Assembly (NCBI GenBank): GCA_964353135.1
Contig: CAYGTV010000001.1
Location: 309,497 to 373,496 of the forward strand
Reading direction: 5' to 3'
Length of the DNA: 64,000 bases
Source: an uncultured Candidatus Saccharibacteria bacterium
GTDB taxonomy: Bacteria > Patescibacteriota > Minisyncoccia > Phycocordibacterales > UBA918
Shown: positions 58,601 to 60,992 of the stretch, piece by piece
How positions within the stretch are numbered: the first letter of the stretch is position 1
Layout of the letters: each line of letters starts with the position of its first letter
Position numbers and translations under genes: made by a program
The notes under the pieces: generated by a model
The model's input: the letters and a program-made list of their open reading frames with translations, nothing else
Databases searched by the model: none
Told to the model about the DNA's origin: nothing

Positions 58601-58832
58601 CTTGTAACAGCGCGTACTCGTCCAAGTTTTGAAAGTTTAGAGTTTCAACGTTCTCCCAGCCATTTGAACTGATTTCGCTTGGGAAAATATGAACAGTTCG
58701 AACCACATACGCGTCGTTTGAAAGTTGTGCATACGACGAAATACCCACCCCAAAGATAAGGGCGCTAACAACAGCATAAAGCATTGTTTTTTTGCGCTGT
58801 TTTAGTAGCTGTAACATTCGTAATATCCACAA
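34656..58832 (-). CDS. Giant surface protein (8058 aa; 24.2 kb). Signal peptide, acidic S/T/E-rich stalk, about nine DUF2341-like modules each followed by a LamG/ConA-like lectin-fold domain, beta-helix-like G/T-rich repeat tracts, one 'YRWRNDDGGEG' module, and a Cys-rich conserved C-terminal domain shared with the 644-aa protein.
   Basis: Uninterrupted ORF. Example DUF2341-like module: WLGRVAVTIPASSVDSTLTDFPVFVDLADLGPDFWAGVQSDGRDIRVTLADGATETPFDLVSIDTGSDTGELHFLAPSLSASSDNTFHIYYNN. Another: DLRFTAADGVTLVDHWIEAFNSGTDAVVWIKAPTLPADSVSEFYMYFGN. LamG-like module ends: LDELRFSNVVRSSSWIATEFDNQ, LDELRIASVVRSAAWAETEYEN. The start is 83 nt downstream of the previous gene; the stop is 4 nt before the FN3 gene. 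Confidence 0.85.
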   Translation of the reverse strand: MWILRMLQLLKQRKKTMLYAVVSALIFGVGISSYAQLSNDAYVVRTVHIFPSEISSNGWENVETLNFQNLDEYALLQDFNAINSATLGKLRTIAGDTNNQTPDESSDVESEFGVDRQVTPDNSQPASSTPSSTVETLAPEAVATTTTGQSSEEVTSTEAPVQSAETAEPEVVGEEEVGADESQESATTTVLKEVRGLFRLAIDTLTQTFSSTSATSNAEPEEDVSEANDLPPVDDVQSEAEVVFGFTADSEVATNTPEQVLDMTSTTQDSLEVVPEVVAEPESTATSSPSTTTAETGMSDNAATSTEVEVVEAAAVNCDTDCEGYVLRVGNFGYPIEEGSELSGAQLRMSFAAKQRETRELIPSFTMNYSFDGGESWSTGGSIVIEDEVSNSINGGYFLFALPTITDPATLGNLQVELRYDADPDLLADLFVESVWLELFVLEPPVDPVDPLFEELLADDGFEASNLSGDILVLGDGTEIEFTFTDNNTDETLIIKSDQKTYEGLSEATTYFSVTNTSGQQDDFSVQTYFPNDLGEVTNLEVFNLNKPRQAVIPEYRPYVYHCEAGWSPSEVTAPTADTIETLSADLASSSTTAASTTTGLATTTAEEQVEVATETFSCSQTSVVRACESIEGDGTACVVTQKVKDHEVTRYARGWDPVEINDGTISRGSIFRRAAALLGFGPDRKEIPDNFEGRVHADQEFTIDPGETVYFKMDISFPAFSTGEYWIEAIGDNEYGLLDPFWSSQWQYKMPIEITNPTGADQTEFQVQLQLDSTMTDFWANVKADGGDVRFIQEINAGNLFAEGNSIADVDNNYDPSWLGRVAVTIPASSVDSTLTDFPVFVDLADLGPDFWAGVQSDGRDIRVTLADGATETPFDLVSIDTGSDTGELHFLAPSLSASSDNTFHIYYNNAAATAYVDTDTYGAQNVWTNNFVATYHLEEDAAGLGNAGLYVDSTSNNYDADDEINSTGKTGKVGSGQEIRAREATLDDYILFPSAVVNAHDELSMSFWINTSQTGDQAILNAGANNELIVFLQNNNLTLFNGGTSDTFALDSAVVGAGWKHMTVIRDAVTDGWRLYIDGVADNQNPLPETMSALSVPANCTLAGLEQDTSCLNSGAANQHYDGLIDEIRFSNVVRSSSWIATEFDNQNTPNTFYATSTALISTTILGDDLRWYSTSWDGRQLFTIADADITASIADFPVYLDLSLLGADFFNRVATDGRDIRVTLGNGFTEVPHELVNINTGAQTGELYFKTDLTDGEDNEFYIYFDNQDAIAYDRDDTFGSENVWTNGFQAVYHLEENLAGTGNLNAYIDSTSNRYHGNDEISATGKTGLFGAGQEFGLNSIDYISLPSEVMDGLTDNSVSWWHIASTTDDMTILSGANASQANEFWVRFDNNIRMYLYSQGSAEEFNLSDSVVNYANNTWQHYITTSQDDIDEMNIYINGVGDNENPDPQAITALDISSGGLVVGQDQDTVGGNFSTGENFEGLLDELRIASVVRSAAWAETEYENMANVATFFATSTVESLAPIDSVELDHWFTSWDSGAEEAEVWVQIKDLPASGTTTIYMYYGNSSAESTSDELATFSYSELTEIYYVVDDHGADSISVTSLVDNNQVQLSGGSVIDLNQGETTTITSPSPIGTSVLSILGPVSATVNGAGTDSSDMLAPISFATTTFTLPTRRSNNITYLYAPFASTTVRTYIGASGVADQTFNILENGSETSTTNPGGSDTSIVDGDGIVVEATSPILVSHRSSNPGDGLVAYPPTTDPLYGIVSNNMIMSGVDPSTNLTMTCSAGSGASITGITRGDHEVDTSCTAVAEGAGSAVRLSAATGPIAAIQQADADGNESTVYWPKKEFGTRYAVTRSAAYVAVVCSPDNGSVDLEMVSPLGITIESGTCTPGALTPGKAYFTNGTGDGDTVNFDPGTMVVSTNGVPFYAIFEDVADDQDEKNIQTAVQARKFGSGAVTAVFGEQEEANGLEYEQLSYWWYQNALSLTPTSTWSVGDSESTVEGQPITGAAAVTEGDVLRLRMNARLLNATSTAGTDAFTLEYTSALAGQCSLAPEWYEVGQVGSTTAAFSGFNNTTVADGSQIPTSLLASTTVLATYEERNFSDFVPVDIGTGQVAEWDWVITASNIEVNTNYCFRMVRVEEGDFTNYTVYPELETVGPPNTPLPISFFDNENTPAIIPTLTFVASDIAGDDVNYEIQIDNDADFSSVELQRDSETNFLLFEEADGGADKSPFVSGEVIRFTAATPLPATTTYWWRVRASDPEGSATSSDWSTPYSFTIDTNVTVSEWLQTTGDQFATNGLSNITVAAGQANLSGGTGIITSTPIDFDDATVGNAWGEVSWNETETSGSLSVQIEYNNNGTWTLVPATLIPGNDIGIASSPVSILGLDTSIYNEIRLVATLTGTTVSLQDWKVTWGQRVETPDLGDPFDNQKTANTLPVFDFVSSDPQGDDLEYEISFSTSFNFTAATSTFNSGVDAGFANTANGADTSPFVSGDRLTYTTQAGSPFADGTTYWWRVRAKDPAGGDAWSPWSVPDSFTVDTGVTLSTWFQTTRDQFNQGFLDGTTAVSGGSVVVSEDIGEYGRVTATNNEWQTVVTSLDYTDMVVVASPEFNFNTTDNSRTARIRNKTENSFEIKVDNYLNSFTGSTEVDYIVMEAGDWVINNGAGGFRVVAATQESVTDKQVNAYSDVVGTVVPISPAFSAPPTVLATVASDNDSDWVASHVDGGGSFQSEVTTSQLRLSLAISKFTGSTHIGAEDIDYMLFEVATGVVDGTRFQARNSADAITHIESATALTGFTTAPAVTVVHNNGDDGAEGGFAQKDLGTASTNVNLFTSISEMGPTADNHAANIISIVAFEDASGLIKRDITTGGLVSTIAGEDIIFSDGAGPKFENFSWVDTTPGASEITYQMQYRVSEGEYALIPDVALPGNSTGFTSSPIDLTTIDIDVYDQIRPFATLECASGNCPQINEWQVEWSEGVNMSGRIFQPNRQTPLSGASLYDPAWLGSLELVIPAANVDETLTDYPIYVDLADLGPDFWSGVQSDGRDIRVTLGDGSTETPFDLVSINTATDTGELHFLAPTLSSVTDNTFYIYYNNATATAYAAASTYGSENVWVNGYDLRYALDDDPTSSGLQLDSTDNGNDAVSYTGMTAGDVVTGQIGQAINHDGNDGGIFGSALTYSGEFSASMWWRSTGDGFAISKNAGADEKFGPWSSPAGRNFARVIAGGASDTSVNSPTDGTWSHVVLTRDSANKVDVYIDGTRTRMFSDAAQVGNSTWENFGGQTSQGFQGDLDELRFANVKRSDGWITTEYANQLDPTTFYATSSAASLIVGQIRAAVNAVPLASVGTIAIDGTWNLTNVTAFAGDTITVWIDDAADDKEAVTVFRYDGLGDITGVKLHEQHVAIDANEIGTLSNLQFGLYDNSVSGDEDIFFDVDGSNNLTICAVGTCDNSNLYVGPGQTYIPATSTTVTINTHDFVNDGTIELDANTFNLTGSWTNNATSSADTSTVNLIASTGAETISSTESPLRFHNLGFGGFGTATFTPSVGLDLSGSLTVATGTLDRTGFDISIAGSLVTEFGGVWFGTGTTTFDGAGARSWTDRSAGLQNIGNVVIDGPSTVLSVTTDVSAYDIRIGANDTLVGGTGNTINVGGDWLNQGNFSAQTSTVRLVADDRVYPPIIPGSSDWYGDNAFDKRVAVVVDSAEVNAPLTNFPMFVDLSTLGAAFWSDVKSDGGDIRVTASDGQTELPIDLVAIDTTAQTGELHFLADSVSDIADTTFYIYFDNPAANRYANAATYGRDNVWVDYKAVYHFADDPTAVSNTIVDATGNGFNLTVLIEGLATSTGQLGTAFDFNGSTGYLSDPDFFWTAGDPLTTSGWYFMSAASNEAYWEWGDNAQPDNIEFRPWYQTTNGLHYFGQTGGATYSINPRDTTRWYHFTTLGATSTSADNLVYQNAIEVERVAQSVANPQNTLTGLKVGREGTGGSINAILDEFRVTTETRSQAWIEAEYLNQFRPNLFYSTTSPQTYQPDVLLDEATHNITAGGASFYNFTMDDSVTTAAFLSTSVSVNNDFTVATGTIALPTGTLTIGGSFTNTGVFMHNNGEVRFSSTGPESITLSGTEFLNAFNNVTFNGVGTYTFTEVNATTSNNMIINAGSVVFPSDGLTIGGRLDVNGGGFNANGGTVTFTSSESELISTNGSTFNNVIFGDLSAGSGWYNTDWNNRIEVTIDAGMVDADLTNYPVYVNLAHLGSTFWSGVGNSGNDIRVTTADGVTEVPVEVVDVSTGDDSGEIHFLAPAVSSFADTTFYVYYNNPDAVAYDVTDPYGRNAVWREYEAVYHFVRDPAVGFVDVTGNGKDLAPLVGLADQATGLMGTALDTTTGNVMVGDADWTWTAGEDLVSSGLYFMSTVDDVALWQFGTTCTGDNCLAFLPWYDSVDRGYNRFGETSGNDYRFTRDSLNWHHFTTLGRATDGAQVEIYEDGVIRDFYAQTATGQNPSQTGLQIGRYNTGNYGQILIDELRFATTTRSNEWITTEFENFTNAVNFYSTSSESYLDVASSFTLDESVTTVLGDLTVNFANLVAPTSNLLIGGSALNTGGTFDPNSATTTFNSTDTGETVEFGKGAFYNLSFNGVGGGWSIATTTVTNNASLVTGADFTLQSGNTMTVGGQFTNTFASAATTWAGSTLVLTGGDYTITGRLDEGDDYARMIVSNDSDLVLWNSTVSTSTVRDTSSLYMPDYADIDGTLQIYGQYERTTGTEHWSYATDFDGTDLTGVERAVTVQMGRGAELSFGTSTTLNVVGVSGNETTVSSLSGIYTLGVTAGTVAIDYASFSNIGPAGLELRSGTTIDTLANSAFAVAGGRTGITADAATINLQPSAEYTNMVFSTSSANSIYEPAWADQVVVTVLASEINETLEQFPLYVDLSTLGAGFWAGVQSDGRDIRVTTSNGVELPFDLVEINTANQTGELHLLAPTLSSVENTAFYIHFANPAAVAYAPTDEFGAQAVWVNYEAVYHFNEDPTVRITDVSGNQRDLFPTVGTPATTSGQLGTALDTTATNVMLANSGWTWEAGDDLVSSGLYFQSAFDTGALWQFGPGCVNDNCLAFMPWYDNATRGYHRFGESSGNDYNFTRNPAIWHHFTTLGRAIDGETVEIYEDNQLRDSYTQTPTGENPSQTGLQIGRYGGGTYMDIDVDELRFTTVIPSTNWIDTEYKNLTDPTSLYATTSAETVTYNVTADGVPSTFWLFSAGSGNLYGEAFDNDDGDPGSVQWDDSNFAVTISGVVYQDDGVTPMGAPVCNDSTEVVTVVLDGVTSYTAACSAADGSYEVTGIAYTGEPQITTYIESSALTPQTNVGIYAETTGIGSVASNLLTVNRPALIDDTTLVLIVGKDDDTAFGAVPAGWTAVDILGNATGDQIGTGIWYRRVATAAGEPATYDFPLNDNGENFSYWMGALTNVDPVTPIDVASVWTKYQNEQAPNAPQLTTVTNGSLVLSAWYVDNDDTTVVPSYNWDVRADNIVSAANNNLSVASRLMKTAGPTGSSTMTGVISSRDPHAGQFAFRPASSPTATSSIVAAAVTKTPLGNNGSPFEQVSLRDYRVETGNVLNAADVNVERPAVENGDVLVMMLAKEDDFNFTPPSGWIAAAEQLQVIGNQMYTSLWYKVVTNAGAEPTTYPFTSNDTNSEEYSYWIGSFDGVDATNVFDVAPVWSNLQNTSTPAAPSVTTLTPGAYVLAGWYVIDDGAMDMPAAPWKTLGQDIVTNNRLLAVSGRSMVTAGATGAATLTGGSTDDVNVGQFALRPAAVSVANAINDMDLYQDRVVVRHSNIDPLTIFDMSIFDSTTESDLPFTATLGAPDTLTVADGSGLVVWNNRTFAPGGVIDLLGSGTTAADGSILQKAGSVLQANGSDPITVGGSLYLETGATFSGATSPITFTANNPGQQIGSAASSTITFNSLTFTGTNGGWAVQTPIISQTGITVATGTVSGVANITVNSGSFGGDGTVNLTGGLTRILSTNTLGGVRPWTFNSLTLGNGVAAGITTPAGTATTSVRSVLTIAAGHFLDANNSVFDLQGNGNVLVETGSFLEDISTIRYSGATPNVRQTPYYNLVIDTDRGGVVNATAPITGLQVLNNLRVGVLGTSTLNATINDPAVSVGANVSIGTLGTLIASDIRTMTVNGSWNNDGVFTANNGTTTFARTSGSATIAAGNSPFGKLNITGAANYSIVESATTTGRTSLGASVTGFTLNPGLTLSVAGNFSNLMPDAATTWTGSTLKLTSGTAFTINTKATGDTYDTIVTEAGTHPRLWNSTTTVVTTAPNSSLYSMDHQRVDGNLLIYGDFISAAGADHWSYATDFDGATLGVPRIADVRIEDGGSVLYTGGSLTVLGTSTASTTIMAQGAGPYSMTIGGTATVDMQYYTVRDIVSDGLVLTGTPNVVDLSRGDFEVAFAGGSAMTVGGSVIGANPAKNFTNNRFATTTTINAFNVTATGTSISSWRFVNVDGNLDGEAKDVDPGGDPGYLVWTDSAAIIDISGTVYQNDRSAISTICDGVTNNLRLSIQGLTFASTSCAVGTGDYTFTDIGFGPSDTLTVYIDGEAIQAATVSKDPISLIGDMDLYENHVIVRHESAGAQTIAAMSVYDSSDDADIPFTAVDAGTDTLTLPADFTLLVWANKNFQPGGDVTISGGGSGSSYDGSLELLTGADYIAANGETHSVGGDIVTAAGSLLAPAQSAFDFTAAGAGRTLDFNEAVLFDVTFSGSGDWTITDPTFTAGNDVVISNGDLTLPTGTSTVAGSFENTGGSFDANGGVLYFTATDLGNVVRFGGSTADTVLFSGVGAWSFADVVATTTQSFTVATGTVTLPSGTLIVGEDFVVTDTITHNGGTVQVVGTTGGNIITLSGNDLTNLTVTATGGDYTLTDPSAALLGNLTLSDGALTVGTGTVSIGGSFDVSGGVYNNGLGTLLFNSADGGEFIDPGANDLYNLVIAGAGGWTLIDNATTTNNFAITNAGTFTVNPGSRVYVGNVFTNTVGGAATTWTGTTLVLDGGNQYETNVKVTATESYDILTLGENTDVSSWNTSATTLNVPVTSSFYSQDHAGVDGDLYIYGDYRIGTTTEYWSAATDFDGAVIGSPRQANVYIASSSAVTLAGGSLQIVGTLTASTSVQNQGVGAYDLIATSGTLNANFYNITDLTANGLDISGTTNVTSLSNGYFTQAANNTNLITLVSGVINNNASVVVANTGFATGGFTGGVNVSLDATTTNSWSFTGSLGNLWGEAFDVDGVDDCSSIRWDDSECLLTEQTNYRWRNDDGGEGALDSEWFDTDWSARQRVRVVNDDPATYTNTAVKIPVAYDADMQSDFEDLRFTAADGVTLVDHWIEAFNSGTDAVVWIKAPTLPADSVSEFYMYFGNVSATSTSNGANVFDVIEDFEDNDIAEYTGGTGDIARFETESALDNGAPAYGGGFALRAVNTGDRTTDGIARSDVTVSQGQTIRFMQYIDTVSGTGDEVCTIFASNGSVASNQNYAICTDQIGTDRISIVRNVANTEFSGTILGTSPANFTSGSFGSGWYEFYVDWETDDTIDVAVYFESTGQLVATTTATDSTYTSGGIGFAYWFQNGGWDSYVAYPRTETRPRVYVGDKQVDGGATWANPQNTPTGGYLIGETARLRLAIENSGLPIENQRFQLEFAPKLTAPTCEAVNPANYIEVPNIASCGSSAICMATSPNVTNGDPTTDHLVTDAGDFAAGEIVTSPSNQTSLYDLDQNRYTELEYALQLTANASNDAYCFRVTDDGSTLDSYSNLPELTLAFDPIISAVTLNDGFDISLTPGATTTIIASSTVTDFNGFADLGSATTTFYKTSVGAACTPDDNNCYIATSSCSYVNCSGNSCSLICEAPFAYHADPTDEDGAQEWFAFMEVEDLSGANTFGSSVGVDVLTLRALDVQNAIAYGTVDINQNTGAFNPFVTLVNLGNESLDVQVAGTDMTDGITSVIPAAQQRYSTSTFDYAACIGCSTLAVTGADLEVDLQKPVASTPVVSDQIYWGIEVPFGTASSPHTGTNFFMAITD

Positions 58833-58863
58833 CTCAACAAGAGCTTGCGGCGTAGCTAAAGTA

Positions 58864-58918
58864 TAACGCGCGCCCCCTTGCGGAAGCGCGCGTTATCCTC
58901 TATTTTCTGTTGTTTTTA
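58864..58918. promoter_or_regulatory. GC-rich hairpin with a plus-side T-tract between the cohesin-like gene and the giant gene.
   Basis: taacgcgcgc-(12-nt loop)-gcgcgcgtta (58864-58895), then atcctctattttctgttgttttt on the plus strand. There is no U-tract on the minus transcript, so it is not a canonical terminator for the flanking genes. Confidence 0.3.
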
Positions 58919-60448
58919 ACGAAGAATTGACTTTACATCACTGATTTCTTTCTCTATCAAGGTCTCTGATACTTCAAGAGCTTGAGTGAGACTTTCAACC
59001 GCCTCTTTTTCTTTAGCTGACATTCGTTTTCGTTTAGTTATGTGGTTGATTTGGTCATAGATTTCATCTCGGAGGGCCGAGAAAATCTTTTCCATTTGGT
59101 CCTGAATTTCGCGTGTCTCACGTCGAAGTTTTTCCTCTTTGTCCTTCAACACTCTCTTCTCGTACCAGATGTACACCAACATCAGAGCAATCAGTAATGA
59201 TAGGAAGAAGATGAGAATGTTAGTACCAGTGAAGAAATCCCAGAAACTACCTTCTTCGAGGTTCTCTACCGGCTTGGTCCAACCGGCAGTGATCAACACG
59301 GCCGCACTTGATTCACGAGTATTGCCGGCCATATCATGCGCAATGACACTCACAGTGTACGTTCCATCCTCTAACTCACCAAGTAGATAGCCAAGCGCAG
59401 CCTCGTCAGGGGTAACTGTAAATGGTTCCTTATCTGCAATAGTCATTTCATAGAAATCGATTCCTGACGTGACATCATTGGCTGCAAAATTGAGTAACGG
59501 AAAGGCGTTAGCAGATGACCCCGGGGTAACATTTATTTTGAATGGTTCTGGAGCTGTCGTGTCGATCTTTAGTTGTCGATTCAGTACGGCACCCCAGCCA
59601 ACCTGGTTCTCAAAGTTAATACTGATGTACTGTATTCCGTCGGACACATTTTCTGCAGTGATAGCAAACTCTTCACCTGGCGGTTCAACAATCGCATCAG
59701 GATTATCTTGCGGTACGTTTTCTGGATCGTCAGTCACTTCGACTGCTACTGCGGTTACATCAAATGGAAGTGTCCAGGTAAAAAATCCGTTAACTGCGTT
59801 ATACCAGACGGCAGGGTCAAGAAACACCTGCGAACCAATCTCGGGTGCCCGAGGTGGGTCACCAAAAATAATTGCTTCTTCACCGTTATTTCCACTTTCC
59901 TCGGGTTGCGGAGTTGGGGTCGGAGTGGGGGTTGGGGTTGGAGTAGGTGCTGTGGATGCTGCAACGGTGTAGGTTGCACCCGTTCCATTGTTGTAAACAT
60001 CCGTCCCACGGCCATCAGCAGCTAAAACAGATGCGCGTGTAAAGTTAACAGAACCATCGCCATCACCAACGGTTCTAAAAGTAACGGTAAGCAGGTTGGA
60101 CGTCGTAGTAAAAGGAGTGGGGCTTCCTCCACCAAAAGAAATGGTTCCAGCGGCATTTGAAAAGGTCGGTTCAGTGGTCCAAAGAGAGAAAACGGAACCA
60201 GTTTTACTGACACTTACTACAGCCAGGTTATCTGCATCAAAGCCAAGTGTGGCCTCAACTGCGTTCACGCTATCACTACCTGGAACCGCTCGTATGGTTG
60301 CTGTAAATGTCTGCCCAGCCGAGAAACTTCCAGTAGCCGGGGAAATGACTAGGTCAGCGGCGTAGGTATATGCAAATGAGCCGATAAACAACCCTGTAAC
60401 AACTAGGGCTTTTGTGAGGAACTGAAGGTACTGTTTGTGTGTAGTCAT
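58916..60448 (-). CDS. Surface protein: signal peptide, cohesin-like domain, (TP)7 linker, Ig-like region, C-terminal TM helix and cytoplasmic coiled-coil. Paralog of 21703..23454.
   Basis: ISPATGSFSAGQTFTATIRAVPGSDSVNAVEATLGFDADNLAVVSVSKTGSVFSLWTTEP...TVTFRTVGDGDGSVNF. TPTPTPTPTPTPTPQPEE. TM: ILIFFLSLLIALMLVYIWY. KE-rich tail. Confidence 0.75.
   Translation of the reverse strand: MTTHKQYLQFLTKALVVTGLFIGSFAYTYAADLVISPATGSFSAGQTFTATIRAVPGSDSVNAVEATLGFDADNLAVVSVSKTGSVFSLWTTEPTFSNAAGTISFGGGSPTPFTTTSNLLTVTFRTVGDGDGSVNFTRASVLAADGRGTDVYNNGTGATYTVAASTAPTPTPTPTPTPTPQPEESGNNGEEAIIFGDPPRAPEIGSQVFLDPAVWYNAVNGFFTWTLPFDVTAVAVEVTDDPENVPQDNPDAIVEPPGEEFAITAENVSDGIQYISINFENQVGWGAVLNRQLKIDTTAPEPFKINVTPGSSANAFPLLNFAANDVTSGIDFYEMTIADKEPFTVTPDEAALGYLLGELEDGTYTVSVIAHDMAGNTRESSAAVLITAGWTKPVENLEEGSFWDFFTGTNILIFFLSLLIALMLVYIWYEKRVLKDKEEKLRRETREIQDQMEKIFSALRDEIYDQINHITKRKRMSAKEKEAVESLTQALEVSETLIEKEISDVKSILR
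59905..59950 (-). repeat. In-frame (ACN-CCN)n microsatellite-like tract encoding the (TP)7 linker.
   Basis: Plus strand: gggttgcggagttggggtcggagtgggggttggggttggagtaggtg. Confidence 0.5.
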
Positions 60449-60450
60449 AA

Positions 60451-60942
60451 TTACGAACTTTTTCTACGTGATACTGGTTTTGATGTTGTCTTTCTTCCTC
60501 CTTTTATCTGCAACGTTACTTTCTCTTTTTCATTAGGTTTAAGTAGCGGGAGTATGAGTATGAGTACACCATTTTTTATTTTTGCATCAGCCTCTTGGAT
60601 ATTGACACTTTCGGGTAAGATTATCCGCCGGTAAAAATCACCCCACACGCACTCCTCGGCGACGTAGGAGCCGGCTACTTTTTTTCTTGGGAATGCTATA
60701 TATTCTGGACGGATTCGTTTACCTTCTATGAGTACAATATCGGCGTCACCTTCGATGGATACATGCACATCATTCATATCTGCCCCAGCAGACTGCGCGT
60801 ACACAACGATCATACGCTCGGTTTGATATACGTCTACGTGCAGTTGCGCAATCCTGTCTGCGGCCGTCTCTTCAGCTTCAGACAGTAGCCCCGAATCTTC
60901 GTTGCGAACACCTCGCGTTTTGAGTCTTTGGAGAAAGGCCAT
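60451..60942 (-). CDS. Hsp20/alpha-crystallin family small heat-shock protein.
   Basis: VDVYQTERMIVVYAQSAGADMNDVHVSIEGDADIVLIEGKRIRPEY...YVAEECVWGDFYRRIILPESVNIQEADAKIKNGVLILILPLL matches the ACD core (VDVYE..LPG...I.V....L.I.GER; G.F.R...LP..VD....A...NGVL.I.LPK). Confidence 0.85.
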   Translation of the reverse strand: MAFLQRLKTRGVRNEDSGLLSEAEETAADRIAQLHVDVYQTERMIVVYAQSAGADMNDVHVSIEGDADIVLIEGKRIRPEYIAFPRKKVAGSYVAEECVWGDFYRRIILPESVNIQEADAKIKNGVLILILPLLKPNEKEKVTLQIKGGRKTTSKPVSRRKSS

Positions 60943-60992
60943 ACATTAATATTATACGTAGCTCAACTGTTAAAAACCATCATTACCCACAG

